Shown here piece by piece: positions 26,701 to 35,700 of a stretch of DNA of 55,651 bases. Position numbers and translations under genes: made by a program. The stretch spans positions 1 through 55,651 of IMG/VR virus record IMGVR_UViG_3300027749_000134; one strand, written 5' to 3'. Under the pieces are notes generated by a model. That model had not been told where the DNA came from, did no database searches, and saw nothing but the letters and a program-made list of their open reading frames with translations. Position 1 is the first letter of the stretch; each line of letters begins with the position of its first letter. Origin of the DNA: a virus. Its lineage: Duplodnaviria; Caudoviricetes.

Positions 26701-29700
26701 CATAAGTTGATGAATTTACCTGTGTAAGACCAGCTTGGATACCATTGACAAACATTCGCATATTTGTACCACTTCTAGATACAGCAAGATGTTGCCATAC
26801 ATTATTAAGTCTTCCGGCACCCACGGCATAATCCCAACCGCTGCCGCTACCACCCCAACCCCAAGAGTTAGCAGTTGAACTATAACCCATGAAGAATCCA
26901 ACACCATTAATACCGCCACTGTATGGACTATTAGTGCTATATAAAACAGTAGTAGTATTAGTTATTGTAAAACTTGATGTACTTGTATCAGTTATATATG
27001 TTGCAGAGCTTGCTACATTTAATAATAATATTGTAGTGTTGCTGGCTACATTGGTAGAACTATTGGTACTTTGAGTTAATCCTAATGGAGTAGTGGGTAC
27101 TATAAAGTTGCTGGTGTATACTGCTTGACCGTTGACTACTCTAAAATTAGTTATATAACCATTATAGTAACCTGTATAAGATCCAGCTGTACCAGATTGA
27201 TTTTGACCACCTATATTATACCAAACACTGGTATCATTGACAACTGCGATGGCTCCAACATGTGACGACAAATCAACAGTTAGTGTTTCTCCTACTCCAT
27301 TAATATAGATTGTAATAGCTGTAGTACCAACACAGACAAATGCTATATGAGTCCATATACCTTTAGGCACAGATGCAGTGGTATAAACAACACTTGCGGC
27401 ACTGACACTAGTTGTGTAGGTAAAAGAGAATTTATCATAATTATTAATCCCTAATGCAAATCTACCGTTTACAGCCGATGCTACCCAATTTCCAAATATG
27501 TTATATTTGTCATAGGTATATCCTACATCTCCAGCACCTGATGCAATGTAATAGGTCCAAAATTCAATGGTCTTAGATCCAGTTCCTAGATTTCCAAAAG
27601 CATTGAAAAAACTAACTGAATTAGCAATTTTTAAATACTGACTTGTACCATTAAAACTCAAACTACCACCAATACCACTTGCTGATATAATTAAATTATC
27701 TGTAGACTGAGCAACAGTTGGATATACCCATGCTTCTACCGTAAAATCACTTTGACCAAAATTCAATGATGAAGTAGGAAGGGCTGTCAAGTATTGTGAA
27801 CTACCATCAAATTTTACACTGGCATTAAATATTGGACCCAGTGTTGTGCCGGCAACTATGTTAAAATTTGATATAAGAGTTCCAGCGGTATAACTTCTAT
27901 CAACAATGATATTTGATAGACCGTCAAATTGTCCAATAATTAATACGGTACCAGTGGTAATTGCATTGGTGTTAAATCCACCAAATGGATTACTAGATTG
28001 TGTGATAGTTAACGATTCATTGGGTACTGTGAAATTACCTGAATACACGGCTGTACCATTGACTATACGGAAATTAGCTATGTAGCCATTCATTAGATAA
28101 GTGGTGCTGTAATATCCACCTATGGCTAAATTTGTTGTATAGTTATAGTTAGTAGTATCATTGGTTGCAACAACATATCCAACTCCATTAACATATAGAG
28201 TCAATACCGTTGAACTACGAACCAATGCTACATGGTTCCAATTATTAGTAGACATTGGGCTAACTGCCAAATCTAAATATGTACCTGCAGTACCGTAGTA
28301 TATGCGCCAGCCGCTAGTAATAGATGCCAATGCAAGACCACTAATAGTTGCAGGTAATGTAGTTGCGGCTAAATGCCAAACACCATTATTAGTACCGCCT
28401 GCAATATAATTAACCCAACATTCAATGGTAAAATCACCAGTACCAAATTTAAATGCAGTGGAGTTAACCACAGCCAAATATTGATTAGTACCATTAAATG
28501 ACAAGGCATTGAATGAGCCTGCATTACGTTTTGCAAATAATACATTATTATTGGCGTAATTTCCATTGGGATTTACCCAGGCTTCTACAGTCCACTCTGT
28601 ACTGGTTGAAAAATTAAATCCGTCAAAATTAGCTGCACCAACAAAAGAGCTACCATCAAAATATGTACTATAATTTGTATTGAATGGTGAGAATGCTTGG
28701 AATGATGTAGCTGTGGTTGAGTTTGTAATTGCAAATGAATTAATTGATCTATCAATAAATGTAGTTTCGGTGCTTAATAATGTTAGTAGCACAGTATTAG
28801 TAATTGTAGATATATCACTCATAGGTGGAGTAAAACTTGTGATATATTTTGCTGTACCTTTTACTAGATGTAAATTACTGATATATCCATTAAATGTAGT
28901 TGCAGCATTACCATTAATATCTGAACCTATAGCAACTTTTATTGTATTATTAATAGTATTACCAGAACCACTAATTGTATAATTAATAAACGATGGTAAA
29001 GATGCATTATAATATGTTGCACCAGTATTACTCATAGTTGAGAGACCAGTTGTATCAACTATTTTATTGGCATCACTATTAACTAATAATAATAATTTAG
29101 TACCACTAACATTTGATGTTGCATCTAATATATTTGAAGAAGTTAATGGATTAAATGAACTTGTATATAAAGCAGTACCTGCAACAAATCTTACTCCAGT
29201 TATATAACCAACAAATGGATAAGATGCTGTATCTGTATATCTTCTACCCAAGGCAATTATTGTGGTACTAAGACTTATATTATTTGAATTACTTGCACTA
29301 CCTTGCAATATACCATTTCTAAAAAGTCTTACAGTACCAGATTGATTTGACAATGCCACATGAGTCCATGTATCAGTTACGAAAGTACTCAACCAAGGCA
29401 CAAGGGTGTTGGGACCACTTCCATTAGCAGGAATTAAGCCTCCACCTGCATCACGGGTTATCGCAAATCCTGAGGCCGCGCTGCTAACGCTGGCTAAAAA
29501 TGATGCATAATTAGCATCAGATCCTGTACTATTTAAATATACCCAACATTCTACAGTGAAATCACCAAGACCAACAGCAAACTCACCATTAGTAGCCGAT
29601 ACATTATTACCAGAAGTGATACTCAATGCACCTGCCGCTGACACTATTACTGGAGTTAATGTTGCGCCGGCAGGAGTACCAGATCCGTTTATCTGTCCAT

Positions 29701-32700
29701 TGATATAGAATGTAGTTAGCGCATTATATCTCACACATGCCACATGTGACCATTGATTCAATGGAACCGCGGCAGTTGAAAACAATCCTGTGCCTGCTCC
29801 AATTTGAAAATATAATAATCCACTGGGATAAATCATCCATACCCAATCAGTGGTAACAAGATAACTAATTGGTCCTACAATCACAGATCCATATACTGTA
29901 TTACGTGTTGTTGGATATATCCATGCTTCCATGGTAAAGTCACCGGTGCCAAAGGCAAACGAATTAGAAGAAGGTAAGGTCAAATAATTATATTGACTAT
30001 TGAAGTATGCACTACCACTACCACCAAATGGGGTGTATGGAGCAACCACAGTAGCAGTGGTAACATTTGCTGTCAATAATCTTACAAAATTAGAATTAGT
30101 TGAATTATCAATTAAATTATTTTGTAGAGTTATTAACTGTGTATTTGAACTTGTAGTTAATGCTGTTGTTGGAACAGTGGTAGTTGCATTATTGTAAATT
30201 GACCGACCAACTAATATACGAACACTGGAAATATAACCATAGAATGTTTGATTGCTAGCAGTGACAGGACTATTTAAAAATAATGTTTGTATTATAAATG
30301 CTGTGGTATTTGGGTATGCTATGCCCACCATATATCCATTGATATACATGGCAATGGTAGAACCATTTCTAACCAATGAAATATGATTCCAAGTATTTAA
30401 AAATACAGATCTAGTTGAAGTTATTAAATCAGTACCACCTGTGGCTTGGAATCTAAGTGTTCCATTAGCCGCAAGATATAAAACAGGTACATTAGCAGTG
30501 GCACCACCGTTGGTTCGCCAATCAAGTATAATGCCACCCGATGAGTTATATAATGTTGGGTAGATCCAGCATTCAACGGTAAAGTCTCCGCTGCCCAATG
30601 CTGATGTAGCTGCTGTTCCAAAATTTAAGTTTTGACTACCAGCAGTAGAAGTACTAAAATATACACTGCCACCAACCATGGATTTATTGTATTCACCGGG
30701 TATTTTATAAGGTGTGAATTTAGTTATAGTTGGAGAACTGTTTAAAGTTCCAGTGGTAATATATTGATTATAAACACTGTCGTCTACATGATTATTGTTT
30801 GCTGCAATTAATAAACTTGTATTATCAATTCTTGCCAATGGTGAGCTAGATGGTGTAAAATTACCAGTATAAAGTGCTGTGCCATTTACCATTCTAAAGT
30901 TAGATAGATAGCCAGGATACATGCTGGTTATAGCAGAACCAGCTGTGCCTATAAGCATACTTGCTGTGCTATTGTAGGGAGTAATAATTTGTGAAGGAGG
31001 AATTGCAGTTAAGAATCTTGTACTAGTATTAAATGTAATAGCGTTGGTATTTGTTCCACTCCAGGGATTTGTTGGTTGCTGTGTGGTTAACACTCCGGTG
31101 GGTGGTACAAAGTTTGTTCCAGTATAAACTGCCACACCGCTGACTATTCTAAAGTTGCTGATATAACCTGTTAGATAAGTTGATGTGGCTGTACTAAATC
31201 CCATGTAACCAAGACGTAGAGTATTCTGTTCTGTATAACTGGTAATTATTGTTGATGAAGTTCTAACACCATTTACATACATTGACGCAGTAGTACCTAG
31301 TCTTGAGAATGCCACGTGATTCCAAGTGTTCAGTGTAAATAATTGTGTTGGTAAAGATGAAACACCTAGTAATAATGATATATAACTTGCAGTTAATACA
31401 GCCTGTGTATTAACACCTCCAAATTGGGTTGAAATTGATAGACTAATTGGAGGAGTAAAGGTACCGGTATATACTGCTAAACCTTTAACTATGCGTATAT
31501 TGTTAATATAACCTGGGAAGAACCAAGTTGGGCTTGATGCATCATTGTTAGCACCAATAAACAATGGATCGGTACTGGCTATAATAGTTGAAGCAGCTAC
31601 TGTTGCAACTTGAATTCCGTTAAGATATAGATAAAAATTAGCACCATTTCTTGTCCATGCTACATGATTCCAGGTGTTTAAACTAATAGTTCCACCACTC
31701 AACCCAGAAGCATTCAATGTTACAGCAACAGCGCCGCCAGTAGTAGTATAAAGAATCCAGGCTCTACCTGGAGCAGCATGATATAAAGCAAGTAAGGTTA
31801 AAGATGTAGCACCGAATGATGTTTGATAAAACCAACATTCAACAGTAAGGTCTCCTGAACCAAATGCAAATGCTGCATTATTTGCCACAGATACATAATT
31901 ACTGGTACCATTGAAACTCAAACTACCAGAAGAACCATAATAATTGCTAGGATTTAATGTTGTACCATTATTTGTTGGTGTAAACCCAATGCCGCCTTGA
32001 TCAGTAAGAAGTTGTGCAAGGCTAGGTGATGGAGATGAAGTAAAAGAAGTTGAAACAAACGTTGTCACCGCACCAGAAGATCTATATCCTAGTGTCATGT
32101 AATAGTTGTTTATACTCCATTCCCACCCAGTAGTGCCAACACCGTCGTATGTTCCAGCTATCAACATACTAGAATAAGTTAAGGTATTTAAATTAACCCA
32201 AGCCTCAACGGTGTGATCACCATAGGTCAACCAACCAGTAGATGATGTTGCGCTTAATGAACTATTACCATTAAAATATAAACTACGTAAAATAGTAGTA
32301 AATGGATTTAATGTACTTAGACTAACTGTGCCTGAACCTATGGTTATCGCAGAAGTGTTGGTACTATAATCCACTATGTTAGTAGTGTACGGTAATAATG
32401 TTAATAACGATGTGTAAGTACCAGTGGATATTGCCTGTACATTACTACCTCCGTAGGGATTGGCAGTTTGTGTAATGGTTAATGGTTGACTGGGTCTAGT
32501 GAAGGCGCCGGTATATACTGCTAAACCTTTAACGATACGTAAGCTAGAAATATAACCGTTAAAAAAACTTGTCAATGCTGCGCCGCCGGAATAAGATGCA
32601 GCTATTTGTTGGGCACTAGCAACATATGTATTAGCATCTGTGTAGGTACTACCTGTTTGTGTTCCATTCAAATACAACTTAGTTGATCCACTTAAACGAA

Positions 32701-35700
32701 CCAATGCCACATGATACCAAGTGTTTATAGACAACGCTGAACCGGTAATTCTTATTACACTATTTGTATAGTAAGCAATAGTTCCTGTAGTTTGAGTTAT
32801 ATACAATGTAGGATAAAGTCCCTCTGTGCTTGCTAGTCTACCGTCAATTAGCAACATATTAGCAGCACCATTAATTGCTGTAACATATATCCACATTTCA
32901 ATAGTAAAATCAGTACCACTTGCATAACCAAATGCTGCATTGGATGGTACAGTTAATGATTGACTTGTACCATTAAAGTACATACTACCACCCCATACTG
33001 TAGGGTCGCTAGTAGTTGGAAAGGGGGAGAATGGCTGTATGCTTGGGGTACCGTTAACTGTTAGTGCAAAGGCATTAGTACTATTATCAACAAATATATT
33101 ACTTTGGCAAGTTAGTAAACTTGTATTAGTGATTGCAGTTAATGGAGCAGTTGGGGGTGTAAAAGTACTAGTGTAAAGAGCCAATCCGCTTACATATCTT
33201 AAATTACTAATATTTCCAATAAATGGTTGTGAATTAACACCAGTATAATCCATAAATCGACCAATATGAACTGCACTAGGATTGCTACTATTAAATTGAG
33301 ATTGTGTGCCTGATCCTACCTGTACACCATTTACATAAAAAGTTATTGCAGAACTGTTACTAACCACTGCCACGTGCTGCCACGTATCAAAATTAATTAC
33401 TCCTGCAGAACTAGTTACAGAATAATCACCGGAACTAGGACTATAATAAAATGACACATCTCTAGCCGTACTGGTTGCTGCGTTAATATATATAGCCCAA
33501 TCTCTATTTGTAGTTGTTCCTTTGCTTATAATTGTAGCATACGCTATATTAGTACTACTAGGATTTATCCAGCATTCTATAGTGAATGTTCTAACCGTGC
33601 TTGGATTCATTGCAGTTCCAGAAACCGTTAAATCAAGATTATTGCCGCCGGAAGTATAATTACTCCACCCACTTGAACTAATAGGCGGAGCAAGATTAGT
33701 TGCAAAAGTATTACCCACGCTGGTTATATAATTAGGAATAACACTATAATCTACAGCAATACCACCTTCACTGACAATAGGAGAAGATCGGCCTATCAGC
33801 AAACTTGTACCAGCGGTAATAGCTGGTGTATTATTACCATTTTGATTGGCCAATTGTGTGGTAGTTAACTGTGATGATGGTACAGTAAAGTTACTGGTAT
33901 AGATTGCTGTACCTTTAATAATACGTAAATTGGAGATATATCCTGTCCATGGTTCAGCAGGCCACGTGGCATAAACTCCGCTGATTCCAATAATTAATGG
34001 ATTATTACTGGATAAATTAGTGCTTCCTAGCGGAAATGCCTGTGTTGAAGTTGTAACGTCATTCCCATTTAACCATATTTTTCCAGTGGTGCCTGATCTT
34101 GTTGCCGCTATGTGATACCAAGTATTACCAACAATGGTACTTGGTCCACCCCATCCATTTACTGCCCAAGTATCCCACGATGCAAGTCTCCAATAGTTAC
34201 CAATATATTGTAATTCCCATGAAGCATTATTAAAAGGAATTATATTACCTACAATTGCGTGTTGAGCCCCATCAAAAGGAACCGTGCTTGGCCAATACAC
34301 CCAAGCTTCTACGGTAAAATCACCAGTTCCAAACGTCCAAGCACTATTAGCAGGTATTGAAAGGAATGATGTTGATGTACCCCTGAAGTACATACTATTA
34401 AATGTACTAGTTGATGAGATAGGTGGATATAAGTTTGCCGCAGCAACTCCTGTATTTGTTACTACAAAATTATTAGAACTATAATCATCAAAGAAATATC
34501 TACTAGGATTAACAAATCTACCCGTTAATAACTGTGTAGTGTTGGTGAAATTAGCCGACGCCGCAGTAAGTGCGGCATTTTGTATATTAGACAAAGGACT
34601 AGTTGGTACTACAAATAGTGAACCAGAATACAATGCTAGACCTTTGACTATACGTACATTACTGATATAACCGTTGAAGAAATAACCATTCCCAGAAGTC
34701 CATCTACCAATTGATCCTACTAAGGTGTTACTGCCTATTGCCGACGCTGCCGCAGTAGGAGTATTGCCAATTCCATTAATATAAATTGTAATATTTCCTG
34801 CAAGACGTACTACTGCAAGGTGGGCCCAAGCATTTAAAGGTATTGTAGCAGTTGTTGTTATGGTCGACACCAATGAAACACTCGTGGCCCATTGGAAATA
34901 AACAACACCTGAATTGTTTATCCAAAATTGGCACGATCCAATTGTATATGCACCTACAAGACCATTCCAAAAATCTATTATCATGCCGCCCGGGCCGCTT
35001 CCATAGGTTATTGGATATACCCAACTTTCCCAAGTAAAATCACCAGTACCAAAGTTAAATCCAGCGTTGGCCGGTAAATTTAAATAACTTGATCCATTAA
35101 AATATAAACTATGATATTGACTTTGATCATAAGGATCCAGTGAGGAGTATGTTAGATTACTCGGTACAGCAACAGCAGAATTAATACTAGAATCGGAATA
35201 AGCACTTCCATAGGTAAATGCTTGCTCTTGACCATTAACATATACACTGAATTTTAGCCCCGAACGAACAAAGGCAAGATGAGACCATGTACCTGTTGAT
35301 ATAGCTATTGCAGAAGTAATTGCGACACTATTAGTTGCTGTGGTATTGGCCAATGTCAATGTTGGTTTATTTGTCGAAGATAAAGATATACCAAATGGTG
35401 CAACATTGTTGGTATTGAATTGTCCAGCAATATAAGCAGTCCCTGTGTTGGCTGTAAGATATGCCCAGGTTTCTATGGTCCAATCATTACTACCCACTGT
35501 AAAAGCAGGTATATCTGGTACAACCAAATAATCAGTGAGCCCGTTGAAGTATGTACTCCAGTTATTACCAAATGGGCTGAATGTTCCTTGCCCTGGAAAA
35601 TTTGAAGAAACAGCACCTAAATTGTATGCACCATAATCAACAAAATTAGATGGTGCTAGACCATAGGTGGAATATTTAAGAGTTAATAAACTTGTACCAG

